IMG/VR virus record: IMGVR_UViG_3300029319_000140
Coordinates: 1 to 40,077 of that record
Length of the DNA: 40,077 nt
DNA from: a virus
Taxonomy: Duplodnaviria > Caudoviricetes
Strand: one strand, 5' to 3'
A program made the position numbers and the translations under genes. A model generated the notes under the pieces. That model was given only the letters and a program-made list of their open reading frames with translations, had not been told where the DNA came from and did no database searches. How positions within the stretch are numbered: position 1 is the stretch's first letter; the number at the start of each line of letters is the position of its first letter. Positions 8,539 through 18,822 of this stretch are shown in pieces.

Positions 8539-9641
8539 TGGCAAGTAAATTACAAAGCTTATTAGGTGTAGCACCTTTAGAAAATCTAAGAAAAAGAAAA
8601 CCACAGAATCAATATGGTATGTCTGGTCAAAGTATGTTTGGTATGGACACACCAATCAATACAGACTTTCAACAAATAGGTAATCAACCTCTTGCACCTA
8701 TCAGAACACAAGCACCTGTTCAACAAAATTATTTTAATACACAGATGAACAATATGGGATTACAGGACCCATACTCTATGTCTCTTGACCCAGACCAAGA
8801 AAGTGGAGATGAAGGAACAGCAACCCCATCAGGTGATGTGCCAGAAGGAGCAAACGTTCCACAAACTGGTATGCAACGATTTAGAACTAGTGAAAAAGAT
8901 TTAATTAGAACTGCATTACAAGCATTACCGCCATCACAAGCAGCACAATATGAAAAGTTTTTAGCAGATGGTGAGCTTAGCATTCAAGAGATTGGAGCAT
9001 TAGCTGGGTTTGACTACAATGAAATACAGCCTGGTAGTGAATTGTATATGGCACTAGAAAGTGCAGGTGCAGGTAGATTCTCAGATGCATTAGCAAATCT
9101 TGGTAGTGAACTTGCAAATGCACAAGAATATAGAAGTAGTTTGTTTGGACAAACATTAGAAGGTGCTTCAAGAGAAGCTGGTACATTGTTAGGAATGTCA
9201 GAGGCTGGAAGCACAGCAGGATTAATAAGTGGTAGAAGGGCAGGACAACAACAAGAAGCTACTGATGTGTTAGAAAATGCACTATCAAGACAATTATTAG
9301 CAGATGAATCTACTTACTTAGGTGAAGTTGATTCTATTATAAGCGGTTCAATAGGTCAATTACAAGAGGACTTATCAGGATTGCTAGAAAGTGTGTTACA
9401 AGCACAGCCTGACTTAGGAGTATATACTATAGGAGATACAGGTGCTAATGTAGAAGACTATCCTGCATACTTACAATCTACTATCAGCTCATATGGATTA
9501 AGTGAAAACGAAATGGCACAGGCAAATAGTTATGTGCGTGGATACTTTGAACAATATGGTGAGTATCCTACTGCATCTATCTTTGATGCCTGGTATAAAG
9601 CTACCTTTGGAGATGACCAAGAGCAGGACCAAGAATATTAA
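8538..9641 (+). CDS. Putative internal virion/ejection protein (acidic, Gln/Gly/Ala-rich)
   Basis: Composition and position typical of podovirus ejection proteins. Confidence 0.5.
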   Translation: MASKLQSLLGVAPLENLRKRKPQNQYGMSGQSMFGMDTPINTDFQQIGNQPLAPIRTQAPVQQNYFNTQMNNMGLQDPYSMSLDPDQESGDEGTATPSGDVPEGANVPQTGMQRFRTSEKDLIRTALQALPPSQAAQYEKFLADGELSIQEIGALAGFDYNEIQPGSELYMALESAGAGRFSDALANLGSELANAQEYRSSLFGQTLEGASREAGTLLGMSEAGSTAGLISGRRAGQQQEATDVLENALSRQLLADESTYLGEVDSIISGSIGQLQEDLSGLLESVLQAQPDLGVYTIGDTGANVEDYPAYLQSTISSYGLSENEMAQANSYVRGYFEQYGEYPTASIFDAWYKATFGDDQEQDQEY

Positions 9642-9650
9642 GGAATAATT

Positions 9651-11054
9651 ATGGCAAACGGATTAACAAGAGATATTAATATAGATGTAAGAACACCAAA
9701 GAAAACAAATATCATTGAAGATATTTTTGGTACACCTGCTGAACGCATACAACAAAGACAGTTAGAAGCAGCTCAAGAGTTACAACAAGAACGAAGAGTT
9801 CAAAAGCAAAAAGAATCTGACTATAGATTGTTTATGCAGTTTGAAAGAAACTTTGAGAACTTATCAGATAAAAGAAGTTTAGCAGACCAAATGGGATTAG
9901 ATGAACTTGTTGCAGGTATGGATAACAAGTATGACTTTGGCACTATACAATCTGAAGAACAGCTATTACAAGATATGACTAAAGCAGCAAACGCAAGAGA
10001 GTTAGTGCAAATCTATAGCAACATTAGAGATGACAGTTATTATTCTGACAAAGCACTTAAAGTTGCAGAAAGTAGAATGAAAGAGTTTGGAAACATTATA
10101 CCTGCTGAACAAAGAACTGAATATGATTTGAATAAAGCAGATTACTTTGATGGAGTACAAGCCATACAGAAGTATGAGCAATTTATAGCTAATACAAAAG
10201 AACCATTTACAAACCCTCAAATAAATATCGGTACTAAAACCAATCCAATACCTATTTCCTACAATGACCTTGTAAAATTAAATAACGATGAAAAAGCAAA
10301 ACAAGTATTAAGACTTCAAAACATAGAAGCTTATGAAAATAATTTTAACAATCAGTTTCAATATGCACTATCACAGTTTGGTCCACAACCAGAGGTAGGT
10401 GAGGGAGAAGAACGTAATGAAGCTGTAGATAATGTAGTAGATGTAAACACAGCAGATAATATAGAAGAAATAAATAACGTTATAACTGAAAGAACCTTAA
10501 CAGATATAGATGATTTAGGTTTAGATGAGCAGTACGTAAAAACTTTGGAAAATTTAGATATATCTGCAATAGATGAAGATGTATTAGGAGATGACCCATC
10601 ACAGATAATGGAACCTATTGTTTCTTCACTTGAAAACATACAGTCTTTTTTAACTGCAGATGTTGAATCAGGAGCTTACTTTACTAGTGAGAATATAGGT
10701 ACATTTAGGGATGAAGTTAAAAATTTATCAAAAGAATTATTTGACCTCGGAGTAAACGTCAGTGATAATGAGGTTGTAAGACTATTAAATACTGCAGACT
10801 TTGGAGCCGCACCATCATATGATATTATTTTTGGTGGACCTGATGCAATAAATGATGCTGAAAGACGTAAGATAGAAAGAAAAGTTGAAAGAACCAGAAA
10901 GAGAATTGAAAAATCACAAAGAGGAGAAGGTCTAAATCCTAAAGTTTTAGATATGTTTGGCACAGAAGACAAGCTTAAAAGATTAATAAAAGAATTAGAT
11001 TCTCCGCAACAATTTACTTCAGAAGATTTACTTCGTATGTTATCGGAGGGCTAA
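9651..11054 (+). CDS. Putative internal virion/ejection protein
   Basis: 467 aa, acidic and helical-looking; AAGGA RBS; synteny. Confidence 0.5.
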   Translation: MANGLTRDINIDVRTPKKTNIIEDIFGTPAERIQQRQLEAAQELQQERRVQKQKESDYRLFMQFERNFENLSDKRSLADQMGLDELVAGMDNKYDFGTIQSEEQLLQDMTKAANARELVQIYSNIRDDSYYSDKALKVAESRMKEFGNIIPAEQRTEYDLNKADYFDGVQAIQKYEQFIANTKEPFTNPQINIGTKTNPIPISYNDLVKLNNDEKAKQVLRLQNIEAYENNFNNQFQYALSQFGPQPEVGEGEERNEAVDNVVDVNTADNIEEINNVITERTLTDIDDLGLDEQYVKTLENLDISAIDEDVLGDDPSQIMEPIVSSLENIQSFLTADVESGAYFTSENIGTFRDEVKNLSKELFDLGVNVSDNEVVRLLNTADFGAAPSYDIIFGGPDAINDAERRKIERKVERTRKRIEKSQRGEGLNPKVLDMFGTEDKLKRLIKELDSPQQFTSEDLLRMLSEG

Positions 11055-14000
11055 TGCCACATCAACCAGGACATAATCAAAATCCACAAAGAGTGCTACC
11101 TGCACCATCTGCAACAAGCTACGTGCAGATGCCAATTCGATTAGAAACCCCTTCTTATACAAGTGCTTTGTTTCAAGAAGGATATAATAGAAGCATCCTT
11201 GGACTTGTAAATCAACTTAACGGTGGAGAAAAGTATGACCTATCTGGTTTTGAAGGCGGTGTATTGTTTGATGTATTAGCATCTGTTGCATCTTTTGGTT
11301 TTGATTTACCAGCATACATTGCAGGTGGAGGTATAGGTGGTGCTGCATTTAAACAGGTAGCCAAGACTGGTGCCAAAGAAACAATCAAAAGACAAGCTCT
11401 AAGAAAACAAATGCAAAACAATATCAATAATGCTACCAAAACATTAGCAGATAATGGTGCAAATCCTACCTACTTAGCAAGAGCTAACAAAAAATTAAAG
11501 AAAGCGTTTTTAGAAGATGGAGAGTTTATTGTAAAAGACTCTTCTGGTTTTGCTTTGATTAGTGGTATGCACGAATACTATAATCAAAAATTAACAGGAG
11601 ATGATGTAGAGTTTACCAAAGTATTTAATAAAGCGTTGGTAGGAGCAGCTGCTTTTCCTGTTGGTAGAGCTACTGGTGTAGCAGCAGCAAGTGTGTTTAG
11701 AGGTAAAGTTCCAGCAGCAGGAGCAAGAGGACTTGGTGAAGGCTTTGGATTTACTTTACCATATGCTTGGGAAAATGGAGAGGTATTGCCTAGCCCTGAA
11801 GATTTTGCGGTGGTTGGTGGTATATTAGGTGCTGCAAGATTAACAGGTGCAGGTATGAGAAAGTACACTAAAAACCAACAAGCACTTATTGATGACACAA
11901 ACAAAGCCTTTGGTAATAAAAATTCTGTAAAGTTTGAAGACAGACCTGATGAAATAAAAAAAGTAGCAGTAAATATTTTTAACTCAAGAAACAAAGATGA
12001 CTTTTTTAAAAGAGAATTTTATGATACAGATGGTTCCAGAATATTTATAGAAAAAGTAGATGACTTTGGAGACATTGTATATAGAAGAGAACAAGGTAAC
12101 GTCACAGAAAAACTATCTGAAATAAAATTTTATGAAAGATTTAATATTAAGAATAGCAACAAGACACCAAGATTTAATCTTGTAAAATCAATAGGAGATA
12201 AGTTAGACCATCTTAATATTGTAGATGATGATGAGATAAGAAAGCTCTTGTTTTCATTAAGAGGTGGCAATATCCCTAAAAATTTAGGTCCAAGAGATAG
12301 AGGATTTGGTGAATTAACAAACAGAGAATTATATCATATCAATAGAAAATTAGATACACGTATGAACTTACAAGACATAAGTCAAAGATATGCTGCTATT
12401 GACCAGGCAACAAAAAGAAATTATATGGGTGGTCCTTTTGGTGGGTTGCAAAAAATATTTGATAAGCTAACTATAGATGGGTTTACATTTGCTGGTAAGA
12501 AAAGAACAATACCATTATTAAGTTCATTAAGAAGTGTAGAAGCAAAGCTAAGTAAACCTGGTATATCGCCTGAAGCTAAGTATATGTTATATGATATAAA
12601 CAACTTTACAAATTTAAAATCAGATATTCTAAGTAGGATTCACGACAGATTAAGAAGCAAAGGTTTAATACAAAAAATAGAAGACGAAGATTTAATGACA
12701 AAACTTACTGGTGAGTTAGAACTTAATAAAGGTTTGACAAACACTATGAGTGAAGGTGCTACTGAAATTCGTATGATATACAATGAGCTATATCAAATGA
12801 TGAAGGAAGAAGGAATAGATATAGTAGGCTTTGAAGAGATGTATGCTGCTAGATTTTTACGTTCAGATATAATAGATACTATTAAAGATATACGTGCTGG
12901 TATAAATAAAGAAAGACCAGAACTAATGAGATATGATACAGGTATAGTTGGTATATCTAAAATGAGTAAAGAAGATGCTCAATGGTTATCTAATCATTTA
13001 GACAAAGTTGTAGCACAAAACAAAGACAATCCTGGATTGGTTGAGTATTTGCAAACAATGAGAAAAGCATACAAAGATGATGCTCTCGTGTTAGATGATA
13101 TGAATAGACATATTGTGCAAGTAGCAAGTCCACAATTTAACAACATATCAAGAAGCAGAGGTGCTAATATTACTTGGGTTGGAGACAGATATAGTATGGA
13201 TATATTTGATACTAATGCTGTATCAAATCTTATTTCATATACAGAACACGCAGCACAGCAAATAGCAACTACAAGATTTTTTGGTAGAAACTTTGATGAT
13301 GCTTTAGCTAAGATTGACGATTTAAGAATTAATAAGGGCGATGATTACTCTGCAAATATTTTAAGAGATGTATTAGCAAGAGTTAGTGGAGCCATAGAAA
13401 TAGACCCTTTAAGTAATTATAAACACAAAGATTTCTTTCAAGCTGCAATAAATTTTCAGGTGGCTACAAAGATTGGTGGCGGTTTGGCTACACTTGTTAA
13501 TGTTACACAGCCTTTAATATCATCACTGTTATTAGCTAATTACAGGATTGGTATTCCTGCTTATATGAAATACTTTGTTTCTAAAGATAGAAAAGAAATG
13601 ATAAGAGAATTTGGTATACATAAAGATACAAAATTTTTAAATGTGATGGATGTATTAGCTGGTCGCACAAGATTTACAGAGGGACCAGGAGATAAAGCAG
13701 TAGAGTTTATATTGAAAGCTAGTGGATTTGAAGGAATCAATAGAGTGAATCTTGGTACATCTGCATCTGTTGGTATTGATATGATGAGATATTTAAATAA
13801 GGTTGCTAACGGTGAATCAGTAATGTTAAAAGCTGTCCCACTGCCAAAGAGTGTAAAAGAAAAAATTATTAATGATACATTAGCAGGACAATCAAGAACT
13901 GCTTGGGCTAAAAGAAAACTGTTTAGAGATTTTGGTGTAACCTGGAGAGGTAGAAAAGATTTGACAGCACAAGAGCTTCGTTCTGGTGCATTACAGTTTG

Positions 14001-14887
14001 CAAAAGATTCGCAGCTACAAAGAAATTATTTAAAAGAACCATTGTTTATGACAGAACCTATGGTTAGACCATTTATAGTTTTAAAAACATTTGGATTCAA
14101 ACAAGCTAAGTTAATTAAAGATGTGTTAGTCAAAGATGTAGAAGAGGGTAATGTTATTCCAGTAATAAGACTAGCTATTGGTGCAGGTATTGGTGGTAAA
14201 GCTATGATTCAATCCAGAGAGTTAATAGAAAACTTATTGACAGGTAAAGATAATTATGATTGGAATAAATCTAAACTAGCACCAACAGGACAGTATGATA
14301 AAGATGCACCAATCTTAGAAAGAGTTGCAACTCAGTTTGAAGAACTACGACCTGGATTCTTTGGTGGTAAAGAAAACTACAAAAGAACTGACTACTGGTT
14401 AGAACTATTAACTCCTACCATAGAAGAGCTTGGAGCAGTAGGTGCTATGGGTGTGGTCACAGATTTTATGGCAGCAGAAAATGCAAGAAGTAATTTAGAG
14501 TTTGTAATGACACCTGCTATACTAGATGATGTGTTTTCTGTTTGGAATGGTTTTTGGGATGTGATAGATGAACAAGGAGATTATGGTGTTGGTGGTGCAT
14601 TGAGAAGAAATCAACCTAGATTTACAAAAGTATTAGGTTCTAATCTAAACAGATTAATTACAAGAGGTGTGCAATCACAGAAACAATATGAAGATAAGAT
14701 TACTTATCAAAGAAACAGAGTAGCAAGAGAAATTATTGAAGACATTATTAATAAAGATAAGTTAGCAGCCAAACAAAAACTAGCTTCTTGGAACAGGGCA
14801 CACCCTGACCAACCTATCCTTGAACCTGATGCACTAACGATTGTTAGTTATTTATACAGACAACAGCAGAAAAAAGAGAATCAGTAA
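11054..14887 (+). CDS. Large internal virion/DNA ejection protein
   Basis: 1277 aa with Gly/Ala-rich hydrophobic N-terminal segments; last gene of the structural operon, as T7 gp16 is the largest ejection protein. Confidence 0.6.
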   Translation: MPHQPGHNQNPQRVLPAPSATSYVQMPIRLETPSYTSALFQEGYNRSILGLVNQLNGGEKYDLSGFEGGVLFDVLASVASFGFDLPAYIAGGGIGGAAFKQVAKTGAKETIKRQALRKQMQNNINNATKTLADNGANPTYLARANKKLKKAFLEDGEFIVKDSSGFALISGMHEYYNQKLTGDDVEFTKVFNKALVGAAAFPVGRATGVAAASVFRGKVPAAGARGLGEGFGFTLPYAWENGEVLPSPEDFAVVGGILGAARLTGAGMRKYTKNQQALIDDTNKAFGNKNSVKFEDRPDEIKKVAVNIFNSRNKDDFFKREFYDTDGSRIFIEKVDDFGDIVYRREQGNVTEKLSEIKFYERFNIKNSNKTPRFNLVKSIGDKLDHLNIVDDDEIRKLLFSLRGGNIPKNLGPRDRGFGELTNRELYHINRKLDTRMNLQDISQRYAAIDQATKRNYMGGPFGGLQKIFDKLTIDGFTFAGKKRTIPLLSSLRSVEAKLSKPGISPEAKYMLYDINNFTNLKSDILSRIHDRLRSKGLIQKIEDEDLMTKLTGELELNKGLTNTMSEGATEIRMIYNELYQMMKEEGIDIVGFEEMYAARFLRSDIIDTIKDIRAGINKERPELMRYDTGIVGISKMSKEDAQWLSNHLDKVVAQNKDNPGLVEYLQTMRKAYKDDALVLDDMNRHIVQVASPQFNNISRSRGANITWVGDRYSMDIFDTNAVSNLISYTEHAAQQIATTRFFGRNFDDALAKIDDLRINKGDDYSANILRDVLARVSGAIEIDPLSNYKHKDFFQAAINFQVATKIGGGLATLVNVTQPLISSLLLANYRIGIPAYMKYFVSKDRKEMIREFGIHKDTKFLNVMDVLAGRTRFTEGPGDKAVEFILKASGFEGINRVNLGTSASVGIDMMRYLNKVANGESVMLKAVPLPKSVKEKIINDTLAGQSRTAWAKRKLFRDFGVTWRGRKDLTAQELRSGALQFAKDSQLQRNYLKEPLFMTEPMVRPFIVLKTFGFKQAKLIKDVLVKDVEEGNVIPVIRLAIGAGIGGKAMIQSRELIENLLTGKDNYDWNKSKLAPTGQYDKDAPILERVATQFEELRPGFFGGKENYKRTDYWLELLTPTIEELGAVGAMGVVTDFMAAENARSNLEFVMTPAILDDVFSVWNGFWDVIDEQGDYGVGGALRRNQPRFTKVLGSNLNRLITRGVQSQKQYEDKITYQRNRVAREIIEDIINKDKLAAKQKLASWNRAHPDQPILEPDALTIVSYLYRQQQKKENQ

Positions 14888-15008
14888 TTTTTTCGACACT
14901 TCTTGGAAATTTTCTTTACGAGAATGCCCATAGAATCCATTATCTTTTTCTTTTGGATATAACTATCGACAAATAACACTTATTGCCCTAGAGGCACAAC
15001 CTCGTGCG

Positions 15009-15215
15009 TTATTCTGCATTTTGGTATTTTTCGTGTAATTCTAGGGCAACAGCGGACAAGTAGACACATAGGTCTAACAATTCCTCTATACTTTCTTTAA
15101 GATTGTCCCTACTTCCATCAATAGGAACTTGCTCCCCATACTTTTTAGCACCACTTTCTAAGCGTTGCTGTATTAATTCTAAAATCTTTTGGTTGTTCTT
15201 CACTTTAATCTCCAA
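15009..15215 (-). CDS. Small all-alpha NTP-pyrophosphatase-like (MazG-fold) protein
   Basis: GAKKYG...ESIEELLDLCVYL contains an EExxD motif. Confidence 0.5.
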   Translation of the reverse strand: MEIKVKNNQKILELIQQRLESGAKKYGEQVPIDGSRDNLKESIEELLDLCVYLSAVALELHEKYQNAE

Positions 15216-15400
15216 CCTCTGCCATACTTTTTGTTAAACCATTCTTCAAGTTCATATCTTTCTTTTGAGAATGCAGGGTATGATTTAGCTTTCTTTAATC
15301 TTTCCTCAAACTGACCACGAGCTTTACCGTACTCATCATAACTTGGTCCTGATTTCTTTTTTCTTTTTTCCCAAGCTATTTCTCTTTTTGTTAATTTCAT
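15200..15400 (-). CDS. Hypothetical protein
   Basis: AAAGGAG RBS; overlaps the next gene. Confidence 0.65.
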   Translation of the reverse strand: MKLTKREIAWEKRKKKSGPSYDEYGKARGQFEERLKKAKSYPAFSKERYELEEWFNKKYGRGWRLK

Positions 15401-15415
15401 TTTGTCTCCTTTGTA

Positions 15416-15571
15416 TTAATCATACTTATCTTTTTTATCTTCCAAACTTCTAAGTATATATTTTTCTCTTTCTTTCATATTGAGTATACGTCTGTCTTCT
15501 AATGCATCGTTTTCTTTTTTTAACATATCAAGAAGACGTTTGTATTTTTTGTATATTTTTTTATTTATCAT
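15416..15571 (-). CDS. Hypothetical 51-aa charged protein (MINKKIYKKYKRLL...)
   Basis: Read by hand; fills the gap; no clear RBS. Confidence 0.4.
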   Translation of the reverse strand: MINKKIYKKYKRLLDMLKKENDALEDRRILNMKEREKYILRSLEDKKDKYD

Positions 15572-15578
15572 AATTTTT

Positions 15579-15710
15579 TTGGGCTAACGAGTAGCCAACC
15601 CATATTCACAACAATCTCTTATTGTTTGTGTTAGCCCAAGTATTGGTGTCAAGTAGCAAAGGAAAACAGAGGTAAATGAAAAAACCATAAAAACTACCTG
15701 ACACCTAATA
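15579..15710 (-). ncRNA. Two adjacent stem-loops with large loops (candidate sRNA)
   Basis: TTGGGCTAAC(15579)/GTTAGCCCAA(15639), and TATTGGTGTCAAGTAG(15641)/CTACCTGACACCTAATA(15710). Confidence 0.5.
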
Positions 15711-15711
15711 A

Positions 15712-15969
15712 TTAAAATGGCAAATCATCATCTTGTTTTTGTGATGATGGTGCGTTACCTCTCTTTGATTCATATTCATCATTGCTTTCAAACTTGATGG
15801 ATATGTATTCATTACCATTTTTTGCTGTCTTAGTCCAACCTGATATTTTACCTTCAACCCCATTGAAAGTAACTGTGCCTATTGTTTTCCAGTTTGGTCT
15901 TTTATCATTGTCACCTGGGTCATTATAAAACAGGTTTGCTGTATTTGGTTTTGGTACGAAATCACTCAT
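15712..15969 (-). CDS. Single-stranded DNA-binding-like protein (DUF736-like)
   Basis: DKRPNW...ISGWTKTAKNGNEYISIKF and an acidic DDDLPF tail; lies in the recombination module. Confidence 0.65.
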   Translation of the reverse strand: MSDFVPKPNTANLFYNDPGDNDKRPNWKTIGTVTFNGVEGKISGWTKTAKNGNEYISIKFESNDEYESKRGNAPSSQKQDDDLPF

Positions 15970-15980
15970 TGTTTTCTCCT

Positions 15981-16217
15981 TTAGTCTATATGCTCAGCAG
16001 AAGTAGGATTAGCTGCTTTTAGCACATCCTCATCTGTTGGCATCGTTTTTATTTTTTCTTTACGTTTTTCTATCTTGTCTTGCACTTCAAGATAAATGTT
16101 TCTTAAATCTGTTCTCAACTTATCCTCCAACTCTCCTTCGTGTGGTTGTCTAGTTAAGATTTCTATTAACATCTTTACTTCCTCTGATGTTAGTTTAATT
16201 AATACTTCTGGATTCAT
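15981..16217 (-). CDS. Hypothetical protein
   Basis: Coupled ORF in the minus-strand operon. Confidence 0.6.
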   Translation of the reverse strand: MNPEVLIKLTSEEVKMLIEILTRQPHEGELEDKLRTDLRNIYLEVQDKIEKRKEKIKTMPTDEDVLKAANPTSAEHID

Positions 16218-16408
16218 TTCTTATCCTTTACTTTTTTATATCTATATTTTCTAGCTCTCACTACTCTTCTTGAATCAGTGGAACTTAATAATTTTTTACG
16301 ATACTCACTAACTAATTCGTTGTATCGTTCTACACCTTTACCTGTTATCTTACCTTCATCTATTAATTTTTTATATACAGAGATTAAGGCACTACGCTTC
16401 ATTGTCAA
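16214..16408 (-). CDS. Hypothetical basic protein
   Basis: Coupled ORF. Confidence 0.55.
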   Translation of the reverse strand: MTMKRSALISVYKKLIDEGKITGKGVERYNELVSEYRKKLLSSTDSRRVVRARKYRYKKVKDKK

Positions 16409-16742
16409 TCTCTTTTAATAGTTTTAACATTAAAAGATAATCTTCCAAATCAATAACGATACTAGGTTTTAACCTATCTGCTCTTATTACTACGCCTACT
16501 TCTTCTTTTTCAGGCAGCAAGTATGAAGGTATAGACTTACGCATCTTACATCCATAGTATTTATCTTCAATTAATATGTCTCCTAATGGATGACAAGCAC
16601 CACCTCTGTCTCTGTTGTGTGCTTCTAACTCATACTGTTTAGCTAGGTTTACTGCTAGTCTTTGTAGCTCTGCTCCCCTTTGCCTGTTTCTTCTTCCCCT
16701 TTGTTGATGCGTCTTTTTCTTTTTCAATTTTACCCTCCACAA
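16392..16742 (-). CDS. Holliday junction resolvase-like PD-(D/E)xK nuclease
   Basis: NRQRGAELQR...GDILIEDKYYGCK...IDLEDYLLML resembles Hjc-type phage resolvases; the usual ExK reads GCK. Start uncertain. Confidence 0.6.
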   Translation of the reverse strand: MWRVKLKKKKTHQQRGRRNRQRGAELQRLAVNLAKQYELEAHNRDRGGACHPLGDILIEDKYYGCKMRKSIPSYLLPEKEEVGVVIRADRLKPSIVIDLEDYLLMLKLLKEIDNEA

Positions 16743-16902
16743 ATTCTGTGAGTTTGTCTACATCTTTATTCATATCAAGGTAAGAGTTCAACAAAAACTT
16801 TATACCGTGTAGCTCTGTGTATAAAGTTTGTATTTGTCTATCAAACCCTGATAGAATCTTAACCATATCTTTGTATGTTAATTTATTTTTCTTTTGTTTC
16901 AT
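16639..16902 (-). CDS. Hypothetical protein
   Basis: Operon context; overlaps the resolvase 5' end. Confidence 0.6.
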   Translation of the reverse strand: MKQKKNKLTYKDMVKILSGFDRQIQTLYTELHGIKFLLNSYLDMNKDVDKLTEFVEGKIEKEKDASTKGKKKQAKGSRATKTSSKPS

Positions 16903-17257
16903 ACATCAATGGGTTTTTTACAGTCATATTAAATGTAATAGTTACTGTGCTATCAGCCTCTATAACCTCATCAAGAATCTTATGCACTTCATCTCTCATA
17001 GTCTCTACACTCTTTCTTTCAGATTCTTCTTCTGCTTCCTTTACGTAAGACTTGAACAAGCTATCTGTCTCTGCTTCTTCTTGCTCACTAAGTTCTGGAA
17101 GTTCAGGAATCTCATTAGGTTTTACCCTATCAGGTGTAAAAGTAGATGATGATACATTTGATTCTACTGGTTTATATTCTGTGGCAACCAAGTTAATATA
17201 AGAAAATAAAGCTATCATTGTAGCAACCACTATCAAAACTAATGTTTCATCTTTCAT
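16883..17257 (-). CDS. Membrane-anchored acidic protein
   Basis: N-terminal hydrophobic helix LVLIVVATMIALFSYINLVA; GGAGG RBS. Confidence 0.65.
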   Translation of the reverse strand: MKDETLVLIVVATMIALFSYINLVATEYKPVESNVSSSTFTPDRVKPNEIPELPELSEQEEAETDSLFKSYVKEAEEESERKSVETMRDEVHKILDEVIEADSTVTITFNMTVKNPLMYETKEK

Positions 17258-17361
17258 TCTTATCCTCCATTTCTTTCAACATTTTTTTTGCTTTATGTAA
17301 TTTAAAATATTCTACATATATCCAACTATCTTTGCAAGTCAGGACATCATACAGCAGATTA

Positions 17362-17715
17362 TTATTCTTCTTCTTGTTCTGTTGTATCGAATATTTTAAC
17401 TTGGCTCTCCTCATTCTTACTCCATTCGGTCAAGGATAATCCTACTTGATTACCAAAACCTCTATTGAAAGTAAACCCACGTGAACGAACTGCCTCAATG
17501 GTAGAGTAATAGGTTATGCCTGTTAGCTTATCCTTTACTTTAATCTTTGAGGCACCTTGTTCTTCTGCTTCTGACAGAGCCAATTCATCAAAAGCAATCG
17601 CAGGTGGTGTTCGTAGCAAATGTTTGGATGAATCTATCACTTTGGATAGTGTACCATCCTCTACAATTCCTACGACTTTCTCGTTAATTATAACCTCTTT
17701 AGGTTTCATACTCAT
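17362..17715 (-). CDS. Hypothetical phage protein
   Basis: Globular-looking ORF directly downstream of ERF. Confidence 0.65.
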   Translation of the reverse strand: MSMKPKEVIINEKVVGIVEDGTLSKVIDSSKHLLRTPPAIAFDELALSEAEEQGASKIKVKDKLTGITYYSTIEAVRSRGFTFNRGFGNQVGLSLTEWSKNEESQVKIFDTTEQEEE

Positions 17716-17740
17716 AAGATAATGATACTACTAGCTATAA

Positions 17741-18418
17741 TCAACTAAAAACCTTCTCAATCTCGTCAGGAGATATATCAGGGCTACTCTTCTCAATCAA
17801 ACCTTCTAGCCATTCTTTAGTCTTTTCTACATTCTTGGCATTGATACGATTAGTTTCAAGTCCTTCTCTTACTTTCTCCTTGACATCATCGCCTAAGTTC
17901 TTACACATCCCACGCAGTATCACTGCATCTGTGCTTGATATAGGCTCACCGCTGACCTTTGCTTGTGCAGTCTTTGGTGCTGTCTTCTTTGCAGGTATCT
18001 TCTGTGCTTGTGTAGGTATCTGTGCTACATCATTGTCTTCATCACTAGCAATACCTACGAAAGCAGACAAGCTGTATCTTCTAAAGTATGTGATAGCTGA
18101 ACCAACTGATTGATACACATTCATCTGTTTAGACTCTACGATTGGTGAACACACCGCACTACGAATCCACTCACCTGATGTATGCATATACAAAGTCTCA
18201 ACACCTATCTCATTGTCAGAGCCTACTGGCATCTGAACAAATGATATTCCGTGTTTGGTTAGTAGTGGTCTAAGGTATTTAACTAACGCATCGTATGATG
18301 TGTAGGTATACCCATAGCCTTTACTATCCTTAGGCATATCAGCAATCTCTTTCTGAATCTTAACCTGTGCTGCTGCAAGGCTCTTGATTGATTCAGACAT
18401 TGTTGTTTCTATTCTCAT
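17741..18418 (-). CDS. erf: ERF-family single-strand annealing recombinase
   Basis: KDSKGYGYTY, LYMHTSGEWI, GSAITYFRRYSLSAFVGIASDEDND signature. Confidence 0.9.
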   Translation of the reverse strand: MRIETTMSESIKSLAAAQVKIQKEIADMPKDSKGYGYTYTSYDALVKYLRPLLTKHGISFVQMPVGSDNEIGVETLYMHTSGEWIRSAVCSPIVESKQMNVYQSVGSAITYFRRYSLSAFVGIASDEDNDVAQIPTQAQKIPAKKTAPKTAQAKVSGEPISSTDAVILRGMCKNLGDDVKEKVREGLETNRINAKNVEKTKEWLEGLIEKSSPDISPDEIEKVFS

Positions 18419-18437
18419 TGTTTTTTCCTTATGTTGT

Positions 18438-18459
18438 GGGCAGGGTTTTACCCCTGCCC
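18438..18459. other. GC-rich hairpin upstream of erf
   Basis: GGGCAGGG/CCCTGCCC stem; no U-tract on the minus strand, so more likely an mRNA stability or processing element than a terminator. Confidence 0.5.
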
Positions 18460-18471
18460 TCTGTTTATTAT

Positions 18472-18735
18472 TTAGTATAGTGTACCAAGTTGTTTAGAGA
18501 GATATTCTATGAGGTCTTCAACCTCTTTTTCAATCTCATCCTCCCAATCATATTCTGGTACATCACCTGAAGAAAGCTCTCCAAGTATATTGTGAGCTTT
18601 ATCTTTTATGTTTCCAACTTCTAAATCAGCGTAGTCGTAAAGACTCTCTATACGATTTTGAAGATGTTTCCATTTTTGTTTTTCTTCCTCAGGGCGACTA
18701 TCCCAATGAAGACTTTTTTCATTATTTTTAATCAT
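18472..18735 (-). CDS. Hypothetical acidic protein (start reassigned to MIKNNEK)
   Basis: AAAAGGA RBS before ATG 18735; the longer ORF call would overlap the promoter at 18793-18819. Confidence 0.65.
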   Translation of the reverse strand: MIKNNEKSLHWDSRPEEEKQKWKHLQNRIESLYDYADLEVGNIKDKAHNILGELSSGDVPEYDWEDEIEKEVEDLIEYLSKQLGTLY

Positions 18736-18792
18736 AATTTTCCTTTTGTTAAGGATTAATATGTAGCCAAACTTTTGTTTGACTCTACTACT

Positions 18793-18819
18793 TATACGCC
18801 ACAAACTTTAAAAGGTTCC
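18793..18819 (-). promoter_or_regulatory. ECF-type promoter GGAAC-N16-CGTATA
   Basis: Member of a 12-copy motif; intergenic and oriented with the downstream genes. Confidence 0.7.
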
Positions 18820-18822
18820 CAA

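Noticed and set aside
165-12603. Minus-strand ORFs overlapping the structural genes (e.g. 165-437, 2197-2574, 6350-6730, 11584-11994)
   Set aside because: Antisense shadows of long, coupled plus-strand genes; no RBS or motifs noticed.
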